Source: Nitrososphaeria archaeon
GTDB taxonomy: Archaea > Thermoproteota > Nitrososphaeria > JACIWG01
Assembly (NCBI GenBank): GCA_963752255.1
Contig: CAVVXT010000019.1
Coordinates: 288,001-352,000 of the forward strand
Length of the DNA stretch: 64,000 nucleotides
Direction of reading: 5' to 3'
Under the pieces are notes generated by a model. That model made no database searches. It was not told the DNA's origin and was given only the letters and a program-made list of their open reading frames with translations. Positions 31,836 through 41,882 of this stretch are shown here, piece after piece; position 1 is the stretch's first letter; each line of letters opens with the position of its first letter. Made by a program: the position numbers and the translations under genes.

Positions 31836-32170
31836 TCCAGCGGTCCAAAAGTGGCGTGGTTCAGTAAGAATCTGCCAACCCTTCTTTTCAGGCTTATTTC
31901 TCCTCAGTTCGTCGTCGTTTGGTTGGATTGAACTTTAATTCCAAATCCAAAATTCGTATTTTTATTCTAAAACGGCGCGCTAACCCGACGAACACACGCA
32001 TATTATCGTCTGGTTGACTAATATCTCTCTTGTTCACATCCGATTAGGAACAAGCATTTGTCATTGTGCTAACGGATATAGTCACTGTAATAGGATCGAT
32101 TTTGATTTTAAGAAGGCGTAAGTCCAAGACATCATTAAATAAATGACTATTACCGCATGATAATTTTGGT

Positions 32171-32220
32171 TAGGTATCTGCACTTAATTATGGTCAGAAA
32201 CCGCCGGATTCGAACCCAGC
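32171..32220. repeat. Dispersed repeat copy A: degenerate 30-bp palindrome abutting a minus-strand tRNA T-arm relic
   Basis: TAGGTATCTGCACTTAATTATGGTCAGAAACCGCCGGATTCGAACCCAGC. The 32173-32202 core matches 35920-35949 at 26/30. Confidence 0.75.
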
Positions 32221-32365
32221 CATCCTCCTAGTAATTTACCTTTAAATTAAGGCTGAAATCCCACCCCCAATAGAGTTATCCAATCAAAAGAAAATTTGGA
32301 ACGGGCTCATCAAACTTACTAAGAGGTACTCAAAACTCTAGATTACTTATTATTTAATAGGTGCG

Positions 32366-32791
32366 TTAATTGCAGCATTTGCCTTTTGGTATCAGGTTTC
32401 CGTGAGGGCACTGTCTCGGATGTTTTAATAGCGTGCATAGGGCATCCATGAATTCTTCATCCATGTGGTGTTCCATTCCGCAGACATTTTCTTCGTTGAT
32501 GTCCGTCTTCAGAGTTTCCTTCATCAATACTTCGATTAGTCTGTGGGCGCGAATAATTCTTCTGGCTATTTCTTTTCCCTTATCGGTAAGTTGAATTCCA
32601 TGCCTGGGCTCGTATACGACAAAGCCTTCTTTTTCTAGCTTCTTCAGCATCTCAACGGCGCTGGGCGCAGATATTCCTAGGTGATTTGCCACCCACTTTA
32701 TTCGTGCTACTCTCTCCCCGCTTTCCTCTGATACCCAAAGCGCCTCTAAATACTCCTCAACGCTCTCGGAGACGCCCACAGCTACCATCAC
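32366..32791 (-). CDS. DtxR/MntR-family metal-dependent transcriptional regulator
   Basis: EEYLEAL, SAPSAVEMLKKL, RAHRLIE, MEH, CPHGNLIP. Confidence 0.93.
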   Translation of the reverse strand: MMVAVGVSESVEEYLEALWVSEESGERVARIKWVANHLGISAPSAVEMLKKLEKEGFVVYEPRHGIQLTDKGKEIARRIIRAHRLIEVLMKETLKTDINEENVCGMEHHMDEEFMDALCTLLKHPRQCPHGNLIPKGKCCN

Positions 32792-32919
32792 ATGTAGTGA
32801 ATTAGACTGTCATGCGATATAAAGTTGAACGCACTTTGGCGAAGGGCCTCAATGACACATCGACTGTTCTTTGAAACTCAAGGCTTTTTGTCAGTTTATA
32901 ATTCTCAGTATCTCTGACC

Positions 32920-34097
32920 TTAGATGAAGGAGGCAAAGCCGAGGAATCCGGTTATTACGATCAGAACTGACACTACCCAGAACACCGTCATACTCGTATT
33001 TGTTATGTTGATGTCCATTCATCACCTTGGCGTCTGAGACAAGCCTGCCAAGAAAGTACAGAGAAGGTATAATGATTATTGGGTATATGATCATCAAGTT
33101 TAGCATGAGCTGGATGTAGCCCGTCACTGTAGCTACAAGGATTACAGCTGGAAGGCTTTCGAGTGCGTAAACCGCGATGAATGAAGCCTTTGAGGTTTGG
33201 CCGGTTGCCTCTAGTACACCCCAGGCTGAGCCAAGGGATATGGTGATGAGGGCGAGAAAGCCGGCGAAGAGGAAGCTCATCCCCATGATTAGGGAAGCGT
33301 AGGGCCCGAAGAAAGGTAGCACTTTTGAAAGGTCTTCTACATTGATTAGGCTGCTTCCACCTGAAAGGCGTATCCCTACCACAACCACTATTATCATCAG
33401 AATCTCCGAGACTATAGCGCCGAGCAGGGTCTCTATGCGTTCATTCTTCAGTTCCTTCGCCTGCTTCTCCCTTCGGCAGTCTGCACCCGAGTGGAAGTAC
33501 AGCATCCAGGGCATTATGACAGCACCTACGTTTGCTGCAAGAAGATAATCGAAGGATGGGTTACCATACGGCTGGAGGGGAGAAAGACCTACGGAGAGAA
33601 GCTCTTTCATGTTGACGGGGAAGACGAGTGCTGAGGCCACTATTACGGCTACAACCAGGAAACTCAGCGGTATGAGTATTATCTCGGCCTGCCTGTATCG
33701 TCTACCAATTACAACCACCGTGTGAATCATGTACGCTCAATAGGATGCCCAGGAGAACCGGTATACCGAGGAGACTGAGGCCTATAGCTATCCCGGCATA
33801 CTCGGCTACATATTCGAGAAAGTCTGTCACACCCATAGGGATGGCGGCTACCATAGCCGCCCGTCTTCCATAGAATCTTCTTATGGCCGCACCTAGTCCA
33901 AGACACGAAGCAATTCCCAGGCTGCCTGCCGCATATTGAACGAGGAATAGAGGAAATATAAGTATCAGGAGGATGAATACCATTCTGTAACCGAAGCTGG
34001 CGCCAGCTTGAAGGGCTGCAATGATAGAGGGTATGTCTACGTCCGCTATCATTACAAGCCAAGCTGGCCCAAAATTCGTGAGCCAATCAACCACCAT
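32920..34097 (-). CDS. mntH: NRAMP/MntH-family divalent metal transporter; frameshifts at about 33738 and 32992
   Basis: FGPAWLVMIADVD, GASFGY, ANVGAVIMPWMLYFHS. Removing single inserted bases restores LLAYMIH and a C-terminal TM ending at 32920. Confidence 0.85.
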
Positions 34098-34160
34098 AGA
34101 AGCACTATGGTTACGTATGTTAACAAAATTAAGTAGCTTTTTATGATCCGTAGTAATATG

Positions 34161-34199
34161 TTAGGCTAGCCTAATATATATGTATTTAGGTCTTCCTAA
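34161..34199. promoter_or_regulatory. Tandem DtxR-type operator boxes upstream of the NRAMP-DtxR operon
   Basis: Perfect palindrome TTAGGCTAGCCTAA (34161-34174) and TTAGGTCTTCCTAA (34186-34199). Confidence 0.75.
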
Positions 34200-34447
34200 T
34201 ATCGCTAGCGATCGCAACAAATCCAGATCATCTGGGTGTTGCTAAATCTTGTAGGGATAAACATTATCTGTTAAGTTATTCGCCATGGAGGAAGTGGTTC
34301 TGTTAACTTAGTGTCTCGGATGGATTGGGAGTAGTCCATATTAACCAAAATAGGAAAACTCTGAACTTCATATGTTCTTAAGCACAATTCTTATCTTGGT
34401 TAAATGCAAAGTAACGAAAAGGCGAATGACATGGAGGTTTCAAAGAT

Positions 34448-34939
34448 ATGAGGAGGGTTGCGAAGAAAGGCAAATTCTCAGGTTTAATTCTTAATTTTGG
34501 TGGGGGAATATTTTATTTTTGCGGCTCGCTGGTATCTGTCTTGGATTTTATTATGATTCAGCAAGCAGCTTACCATTTTGACTTCGTAAGTCTCGTCGGC
34601 TTTGTTCTTCTCACAGCAGGATTAGGAACCCGCTTACAAGCTACAAGGACTCTGGGCAGATATTTTTCTCCTACCGTAAGAGTCTTGCCCAAACATAAGC
34701 TGATTAAACACGGCATTTACAGACATGTTAGACACCCTATCTATCTAGGTTCACTATTAGCCTTCTTTTCCATCCCATTGATCTTTCACAGCCTATACGG
34801 TCTCCTCGTTACGACTCTCGCAATCCCCTTTATCCTTTATAAAATACGAGCCGAGGAACAAATGCTCATAGAGAAATTCGGAGATGAATACAGAGATTAC
34901 ATTAAAAACAGTAAGAAACTTATTCCATATGTTTACTGA
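34448..34939 (+). CDS. Isoprenylcysteine carboxyl methyltransferase family protein
   Basis: TLGRYFS, LIKHGIYRHVRHPIYLG, EEQML, FGDEYRDY, LIPYVY. Confidence 0.9.
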   Translation: MRRVAKKGKFSGLILNFGGGIFYFCGSLVSVLDFIMIQQAAYHFDFVSLVGFVLLTAGLGTRLQATRTLGRYFSPTVRVLPKHKLIKHGIYRHVRHPIYLGSLLAFFSIPLIFHSLYGLLVTTLAIPFILYKIRAEEQMLIEKFGDEYRDYIKNSKKLIPYVY

Positions 34940-35064
34940 AGTGGCAAGTATGTTATAACAACCTCAAACAAGATGCACGTCATTTAGGCCAAAAGACTTA
35001 GCAGTATCTGTCCGACCACTCGCCGCAAGTATGAATCAATCACTACCCTTATACACCCACATGA

Positions 35065-35190
35065 CCCATATGGTCTCAGCCAATCTTCCTTGCCATCATA
35101 TCCATCACGCTCGATTGAATAGCAGCTCTCGGGCGCACACACTCCCCTGACGGGTCCCAACAGCATCTTGCTCGTGGCGTAGTCGGCCAC
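35065..35190 (-). pseudogene. Fragment of a xanthine dehydrogenase/CoxL-type molybdopterin-binding subunit
   Basis: GPVRGVCAPESCYSIER then, after a frameshift, MDMMARKIG*. This matches the family RG.G.P....ER.MD..AR..G.DP motif. Confidence 0.5.
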
Positions 35191-35326
35191 TCTTAGATCC
35201 TGACGCTAAGAGCACATCACCTATTACTTTGGCTTTATATCCTGAACACCGCCTCATGGACAAGAAAATGGATTAGCGGGTTCTCATAGAAAATAGAAAA
35301 TCTGAAAAGAAAAGGCTTAAATCAAG

Positions 35327-35557
35327 ATGAAGCTACCAGATTCGATTGTGGTCAGTGTAAGCATGGAAATATCCAAAAAAATAGAAGATGCTTATGTTCA
35401 GAGAATGCCTCGGGAACTTAAAGAAAAATTCGTTGCTCTCTCTGCTAATGAGCGAGCAGCGATCATTAAAGCTCTGTTGAGGTTCCATCAAGTAATGGAA
35501 GAAGAAACTTTTCAACTCGTATTAGGAATAGTTAACGCCCGTTTAGAGAAAAAATAG
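35327..35557 (+). CDS. Small hypothetical protein
   Basis: 76-aa ORF with ATG and plausible composition. Confidence 0.5.
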   Translation: MKLPDSIVVSVSMEISKKIEDAYVQRMPRELKEKFVALSANERAAIIKALLRFHQVMEEETFQLVLGIVNARLEKK

Positions 35558-35719
35558 TCTAAAGAGCCAACTCTGAACACCCCATACTAGCTATCAAATG
35601 ATTTGAAGCAGATAATAGTAGAGGATAGTAGAAGTATTTTAGCCGTCAAAGCCTCATCGATAAACTTGGCAGGAAAATCTACTTGAAATCCTGAAATGGC
35701 CAATAGTAATATCCCATAT

Positions 35720-35797
35720 CTAAACTTCATGGACAAAATTCTTAGTCAGATTATTCGGTGACACACCATGCATAACGAGCACAATGATAGTTTTCAT
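35720..35797 (-). pseudogene. N-terminal fragment of a CbiX/SirB-like chelatase
   Basis: MKTIIVLVMHGVSPN... then premature stop. Confidence 0.35.
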
Positions 35798-35917
35798 GAT
35801 AGTTCCTTTTATTTTATCTCTTCTTATCGTTGATAAATTTATACAACGTTCCCATTAAGTGAGAGCTATTTGCCGGCAACATTTGTGGCCTTACCGCCGA
35901 TCGACCAGCTTGTATAA

Positions 35918-35960
35918 TAGGTATCTGCACCTAATTAGGTGCAGAAACCACCGGACCCGC
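35918..35960. repeat. Dispersed repeat copy B: near-perfect 30-bp palindrome
   Basis: GGTATCTGCACCTAATTAGGTGCAGAAACC (35920-35949) with a perfect 22-bp core, followed by ACCGGACCCGC. Confidence 0.8.
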
Positions 35961-36258
35961 TGCTTTTTAAAAATTCTAATAGCCTAGCTAAACCTTTTAT
36001 ATATAATATAGGAAAGAAAATGATTGCTTTATGTCAAACATAATCGCTCAGAAGCTTAAGGAGCAGACATCTTCGCTTGTGAGGACATTTTCTAAACGCT
36101 TAGCAACCATAAGAAGCCACCCCGAAACCAGTCTGTTGTGTAAACAGGTCTATAGGAACAAGGCTTTGACTAATGAGTTGTTGGTGATGATGAGCGTTTT
36201 GCGGTTGGAATCAATGCCTTTGACAGTATAATCAATTGAATAAAGATAGTTCTGGCGA

Positions 36259-36603
36259 TTATGCTATGTAAGATACCATGTTCTGAAATTTTGGACACCA
36301 ATTTGAGAATTCGCATACATCCTTAATTTTACAGAAAGTAAGGTCATTCGAATACATCGGATCATAGTTCTTACACTGGTTCCAGGGCTCTATCACTCCT
36401 ATTCCATAAAAACAGAGTCTCAGCCTAGACAACTTCTTTAAAGAGATAGGCTCCTTAGTATCCCAGTCCCATGCCGGAATCTTAGCTACTCTATCCTGGA
36501 ACCTTATTTCAATGAACTCGCCTGCCTTTAAAATCTTTCTTGCATCAATTGGCACCTTCACTGACGCCATAGCCCACTTTTTGCACGACCGACAACACTT
36601 CAA
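36259..36603 (-). CDS. Cys-rich hypothetical protein
   Basis: 114-aa ORF with CCxxC start and several C-terminal Cys residues. Confidence 0.5.
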   Translation of the reverse strand: MKCCRSCKKWAMASVKVPIDARKILKAGEFIEIRFQDRVAKIPAWDWDTKEPISLKKLSRLRLCFYGIGVIEPWNQCKNYDPMYSNDLTFCKIKDVCEFSNWCPKFQNMVSYIA

Positions 36604-36787
36604 CTAGGATCACATCTAAACTCCTAATAGTGCGTAAGTCAAAGATAAAATCCTTTTTGCAGTTAATATAAATCCGTTCAGAATAGTTCAGACACTTGAA
36701 TAGAATATATTTGAATATGAAGAGTAACTCCTTTCCTAGAGCTGCCTCCGTTGCTTTTTAACTACATCATCTAAATATTCAGTGAGA

Positions 36788-38341
36788 CTAACTTTGGACA
36801 TCCGCATTCTTTCTTATCCTGCCCTTTTCGATATCCAAACCATTCCATGTTATTGAATAGCCCAGAGCTTCGATTACCTGGTACGGTTCTTTTATGTTGT
36901 ATGCTTCAACAGCCTCCAACGCGTCAGAGAGCTTTTCTATCCCCATTAGACTGGTTTCTATTTTTTTTAGAACTGAGTCGGATATGAAGTAGTCACCAAC
37001 CCTCTTGTAGCCTTCGAAGGTGAGGGTTGAAAGAACCTTCCTGGCAGATTCGACGCTAATCGAATTACCTTCTGCTATGTCTTCTATTCTTACTATATCA
37101 CCTGCCAATTTGATGTCCCTGAGCTTTGATGCATGAGACTCGTCTTCGATAACACCTTTCTCGCGCTCCTTTAAGTGTTCTATTATGGGCTTGATCGGCA
37201 CATCATCCTTATAGTATACGACTTGGATTTTTAGGTTGCGGAGTCTAGAGCACGCGTATTTTTCATTCACTGCGACGATTAAGTCAACATCTTTCACCGT
37301 TTCAAGCTTCGCGATCTTTCTTTCAAGATAGTCTGGGGTCCAGAATCCAACGATCTCCAGGTACACCTTCAAATTATATTTTGTAAACCTGAAGTCAGGT
37401 ATCAGCACATGTCTGCCCACAGGCAGAGGTTCAGGCTCTCTTTCGAGCACCCATCCGGAGCCGTAAGCATTGAAGGTTTTGGCAAATCGTTCTTCAACAC
37501 TGCTATCATATGTCTGTTTGGATGGCGTGTCTTCTGATCCAGTGCTCTCGATCAACCCCTTCATCTCATCGCTGGTAAGTCTGAATGTGTAGATTCTGTC
37601 TTTGTTCCTTCCCAGTACATCAGCTTTAATCCTCCAATAGCCCGATTCGATCACCGTTAGTAGAAGTTTCGCCAGCGCTGTTCCATACCTATCGGTCATT
37701 TTAAAGAGCGAAAGTGGGCCGTCAACAGTTACCTTATAACCATCGTCCTCACGTTCGACCGCATACATCAAGCCCAACCATTTAATAGATCTGAAGATGC
37801 TCTTCCAATTTCCTGAAACTGTGAACTCCAGCTTTAGGGACCTAAAGAGCATTGTCTGCGTTATGGAAAGGTTGTAAGACTTCAACAACGCATCCGGCGA
37901 CATTGGATTGAAGTCCTTTAGGATCAGTTCTTCTTCGACGTCGGAATATAGTATTTTTTCGAGAGCTTCAGCATGTATGCCGAGCTTCGCTGAGACGTCT
38001 TGGATAACTCTCCCCCTTTGCTCAACGTCTACTACTCTGACGTCGCTTGCCTTTTGGAACACCATCATCCTGGCTTCTGCGGGATCGATAGGCGCATCGG
38101 ATTTAAACACACTTCGTCTTTCGAGAAGAGCGAATAACCCTCTTACGAACCTGTAATCGAAGCCTTCATCTTCAAGGGTTCTCAGCTTTTCTATCATCTC
38201 TCCCTTCCTTCTACCCACATTGTTTCTAAAGACTTCAATGACCCGTCCAGCGAAGTTCAAGTCGCCTTCTTCCAAATGCGCGTATACGGGGTTAACCTGC
38301 CCATGTGAAACTCTAACCCTTAGAAGGTCATATGCAAGCGT
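36788..38341 (-). CDS. bax1: Bax1 endonuclease (DUF790 family)
   Basis: DGPLSLF..TDRYG, YDSSVEERF, REPEPL, IPDF, LEIVGFWTPDYL. The frame extends upstream to (ACG)LAYDLLRVR at 38341. Confidence 0.88.
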   Translation of the reverse strand, partial: TLAYDLLRVRVSHGQVNPVYAHLEEGDLNFAGRVIEVFRNNVGRRKGEMIEKLRTLEDEGFDYRFVRGLFALLERRSVFKSDAPIDPAEARMMVFQKASDVRVVDVEQRGRVIQDVSAKLGIHAEALEKILYSDVEEELILKDFNPMSPDALLKSYNLSITQTMLFRSLKLEFTVSGNWKSIFRSIKWLGLMYAVEREDDGYKVTVDGPLSLFKMTDRYGTALAKLLLTVIESGYWRIKADVLGRNKDRIYTFRLTSDEMKGLIESTGSEDTPSKQTYDSSVEERFAKTFNAYGSGWVLEREPEPLPVGRHVLIPDFRFTKYNLKVYLEIVGFWTPDYLERKIAKLETVKDVDLIVAVNEKYACSRLRNLKIQVVYYKDDVPIKPIIEHLKEREKGVIEDESHASKLRDIKLAGDIVRIEDIAEGNSISVESARKVLSTLTFEGYKRVGDYFISDSVLKKIETSLMGIEKLSDALEAVEAYNIKEPYQVIEALGYSITWNGLDIEKGRIRKNADVQS

Positions 38342-38360
38342 TATCCATCACCACTCAGTC

Positions 38361-39803
38361 TTAATCCTCCGTCACTCTGCTCCTTTTTCTTCTCCAACTG
38401 GTCCGTGTTTCTGATGTCCCACTCGACACGATTTCTATCAGTTTGGCTTTTTTCCCTTCCCTCTTCCTCAGCAGTCTACCTAACCTCTGTATGAATTCTC
38501 TCGCGCTACCTGTGCCGCTTACTATGACCCCAAGGGACGCTTCAGGTACATCGATTCCTTCATCCAACACCTTAGAGGTTACTACAGCCCTGAACCTTCC
38601 ATCTTTGAAACGCTTCAGTATTTCATGTCTCTCTTCTTTGTCAGACATATATGTTATGTAAGGGATAAGGAAACGCTTTGATATACGGTACACTAGGTCG
38701 TTATGTTGGGTGAAGATGAGTGTTCTGTCTTCAGGGTTTGATCTCAGTATATCCTCCAAGGCTTTGATCTTAGATTCTGAGTTGAGGGCTATGTCCTGCG
38801 CTCGATTTCTAGCGAGTAGCGCTTGTCTAGCGTTTCTGTCTCTGGCCGTAAGCATGATAAACTTCCTAAATTCATCAGGTGAAGTGATTCTTATCTTCCC
38901 ACTTGATAGGTAGTCAGAGAACACCCTCCAGTTCCTTTCATATTCTTCCTTCTCTTCATCTGTAAGTTCAACGCTTATTCTATGGAGAGTATACGTTGAG
39001 AGATACCTTCCTGTAAGATCTTCCGGCTTTCTCCTGTACACGACACCTCCCGTTAACCTCGGCAGCTCTTTATGGAGCATGTCCTCCCTTTCATAGGTCG
39101 CCGTCAAGCCCATCCTATAAGGGGCTGTGAACATTTCCGCGATCAACCTGTAACCTTCAGCCGCTAAATGGTGAACTTCATCAAAAATAATGAGGCTGAA
39201 CCTATTACCTATCTCACCCGCCTTAAGATATGCGGAGTCATAGGTAGAAACCGTTAGAGAGCCAATCCGAGTGTCTCCTCCTCCGTAAACTCCAATTTCG
39301 ATCCCGAACTCAGCTTCAAGCCTACTCCTCCACTGCTCCACCAGATCTAGAGTTGGCACGATAACTATTGACGACTGGTCAACGAGTTCGATGGCCTTGA
39401 TGGCTATAACAGTTTTTCCAGAACCCGTAGGAAGCACTATTATCCCCTTCCTCCCACCTTTATCCCAAGCTTCCAACGCATCTTCTTGATAATCCCTTAA
39501 GCGGATCCCGCTTCTCAAGTTCGGCGATGGCACAAGGTTTTGGACGGTGTCGCTAAAAGTCATCCTACTGTTCCTAAGATATTCGACTATTTCTTGATAA
39601 TATAGCGCTTGAGCTCTAAAAGCTCTAACTCTGTCGTCCCATATGGCGTACGGTATTCTAACATCCCCTCTGACCAGTATGCTACCTCTATCAAAGGATA
39701 AGACCACAGGCTGCAACGGTACACCACAAGCCATCCGGTGTTCGGCGTTTACGGCGTATAAAGTTATATAAACAATCGGAATGAATTCACTTAATCGGTA
39801 CAT
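38361..39803 (-). CDS. xpb: XPB/Rad25-like SF2 DNA helicase
   Basis: LRDYQ, PTGSGKT, DEVHH, GLTAT, DEGIDVP, QRLGR; adjacent to Bax1. True start probably lies downstream (about 39734). Confidence 0.92.
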   Translation of the reverse strand: MYRLSEFIPIVYITLYAVNAEHRMACGVPLQPVVLSFDRGSILVRGDVRIPYAIWDDRVRAFRAQALYYQEIVEYLRNSRMTFSDTVQNLVPSPNLRSGIRLRDYQEDALEAWDKGGRKGIIVLPTGSGKTVIAIKAIELVDQSSIVIVPTLDLVEQWRSRLEAEFGIEIGVYGGGDTRIGSLTVSTYDSAYLKAGEIGNRFSLIIFDEVHHLAAEGYRLIAEMFTAPYRMGLTATYEREDMLHKELPRLTGGVVYRRKPEDLTGRYLSTYTLHRISVELTDEEKEEYERNWRVFSDYLSSGKIRITSPDEFRKFIMLTARDRNARQALLARNRAQDIALNSESKIKALEDILRSNPEDRTLIFTQHNDLVYRISKRFLIPYITYMSDKEERHEILKRFKDGRFRAVVTSKVLDEGIDVPEASLGVIVSGTGSAREFIQRLGRLLRKREGKKAKLIEIVSSGTSETRTSWRRKRSRVTED

Positions 39804-39956
39804 TTATTACGCTATAACAAGTGAGAATGTCGAAAAAGATCTGGCAAAAAACAAGTTTGGAAAGATGCAGATTAAGGGGGGATGTTAACGGAATTGCACC
39901 AGCTTGTTCTAATAACGCATCTTTGGACAAGTGTATCACGAAGCATTTGCTGGACT

Positions 39957-40817
39957 TTAGGTTCTTTCATTTTTGTTAACTAGGTAGATGCCAAATAAAA
40001 CCACAGCAACGCCAATTATCTGATACAGGTTAACGGTTTCCTTAAGTAAAAACGCTCCTGCGATAAAGGCTATTACAGGAACCAGTAGACTCGACGAAGA
40101 TACAGTTGTTGCATCCTCATTCCTAAGAAGGTAGAACCATAGGAAGAATACTAATACGGTTGATAGGACTGTCACATAAACTAATGATAGCACATAAGTT
40201 GGCTCATATATGAAGCTGATTCCACCTGTGGCAAGTGCCAGAGGAAGCACTATGAAGGAGCCAACGGCGACCCCTGAGAAGCTGATCCAGTAAGGGTGAA
40301 CGGAGCTAGAAATCAGTTTATAATAAACTATCGACACAGCCCAGAGGAACGCTCCAATCAACAGAAAAAGAAAAGATTCTAAAGTTCCGCTTCCTAATTC
40401 CTCCAGATAGATGATTCCTATCCCAACAAATCCCAGCAGAACGCCTGTGATCTTCACTTTCGTAATCTCATTTTTAAGGAACATCGCGGATAAGACGAAG
40501 ACGAACAAAGGCTGTGTGTAGGTGACAATTGCACTTATGCCTGAACCCTCAACCTGCAGCGCCAACATCATGAAAACCATACTAAGTGACCAAGTAGCGG
40601 ATTGTAGTATAACATTTATGATGGTTCTAGAGTCTCTATGAAATCCGTTCTTGATAAAAAAAAGAAATGGAACCATCATAAAGGCTGAAAAGAAGAATCT
40701 CTGAAAAAGATAGTTCATTGAGCCCGTATAGCTGAGTCCTATCTTCATGTTAGCCCAGTTAAAACCCCATATTATTGCTACAACCAAAATAATGATCAAA
40801 TCCTTTCGATTCTTCAA
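39957..40817 (-). CDS. EamA/DMT-family transporter
   Basis: IIWGFNW, YTQPLFV, LLVPV; ten TM segments. Confidence 0.9.
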   Translation of the reverse strand: MKNRKDLIIILVVAIIWGFNWANMKIGLSYTGSMNYLFQRFFFSAFMMVPFLFFIKNGFHRDSRTIINVILQSATWSLSMVFMMLALQVEGSGISAIVTYTQPLFVFVLSAMFLKNEITKVKITGVLLGFVGIGIIYLEELGSGTLESFLFLLIGAFLWAVSIVYYKLISSSVHPYWISFSGVAVGSFIVLPLALATGGISFIYEPTYVLSLVYVTVLSTVLVFFLWFYLLRNEDATTVSSSSLLVPVIAFIAGAFLLKETVNLYQIIGVAVVLFGIYLVNKNERT

Positions 40818-41135
40818 GCTCTTTTATCTCTGGATATGACCGACTGAAGAGCCCTTTATTAAAACGTATTCATAAAGATTTATGGGATTCCGTACATATA
40901 AACCGTGGACGTCAGGATCACAGATCTTGAACCATCCTATTCCAGACATCAATTTACACTTCTAATGTTCTAATCATTCTCGAATATGTTGTCTTGAGAT
41001 GAACGACTCTGGGACGAACTTATATATTACTGGTCTTTTGATTGGGATATGACAAATTTGTTAAGGCAACAAAGACTTATTGCGAATTATAAGGTTCGCT
41101 TTATTGAAACCTTAATTGCCCATGGTGAATCGTAA

Positions 41136-41882
41136 TTGGCTAAATTGGATATTCTTATGCAGGGTTCAGGTTTTAGGACGAACCTTGTGTCACTTGGAAT
41201 CTGCACTATCGCTCTTATACGCGATAGAGGCAACATACTCGTTGACACTGGGCACTTTGGAAACAGAAGGCAGATCATCGATGCTTTAAAACGTTTTAAT
41301 CTTGCACCCTCAGACATTGATAAAGTAATACTCACCCATTCACATTGGGACCATAGCTTAAACGTCGAACTCTTCAGAAACGCAACTGTCTTCATAAACT
41401 CTAAGGAATTGTCCTACGTACGTTCAGTCAAGGGGGACGACTGGGCCACTTCCATCAGCTTAGGGATGATTTTGGAAAAAATGAAGACTAAGGTATTGGA
41501 GGGCGACAAAGACCTTTCAAATGATGTTGGGGTAATAGAGTCTCCAGGTCACTCTCAAGGACACCAAGCAGTCTTTGTAAGAACTGATGGAGGAACCGTT
41601 CTCCTCACAGGAGATGCGATGCCTACTCTAAGGTCCTATATCAGGGGCCTACCGGACTACATCGCGACCACAGAAGATGAAGCTAGGCGAAGTATCGCTA
41701 AGCTGAAGGCTTTCAAACCCTCTACCTACTACCCTGGCCACGACAGGCCATTCCGCATTGACGGAGAGAAACCTGAATACCTTTCCCATTCAGAAATTAA
41801 GGTCATCTTCAGGAGGGAGACAGAAGAGAACTTCGGAATAGTCCTTGGAACAGAGGCTGCTGATAAGCCTGAGAAGGTTTAA
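41136..41882 (+). CDS. Metallo-beta-lactamase fold hydrolase
   Basis: VDTG, THSHWDH, PGHSQGH, TGDA, PGHD. Confidence 0.92.
   Translation: MAKLDILMQGSGFRTNLVSLGICTIALIRDRGNILVDTGHFGNRRQIIDALKRFNLAPSDIDKVILTHSHWDHSLNVELFRNATVFINSKELSYVRSVKGDDWATSISLGMILEKMKTKVLEGDKDLSNDVGVIESPGHSQGHQAVFVRTDGGTVLLTGDAMPTLRSYIRGLPDYIATTEDEARRSIAKLKAFKPSTYYPGHDRPFRIDGEKPEYLSHSEIKVIFRRETEENFGIVLGTEAADKPEKV

Noticed and set aside
34296-34312. GGTTCTGTTAACTTAGT as an isolated IS6-type end
   Set aside because: No partner repeat, TSD or transposase fragment found nearby.
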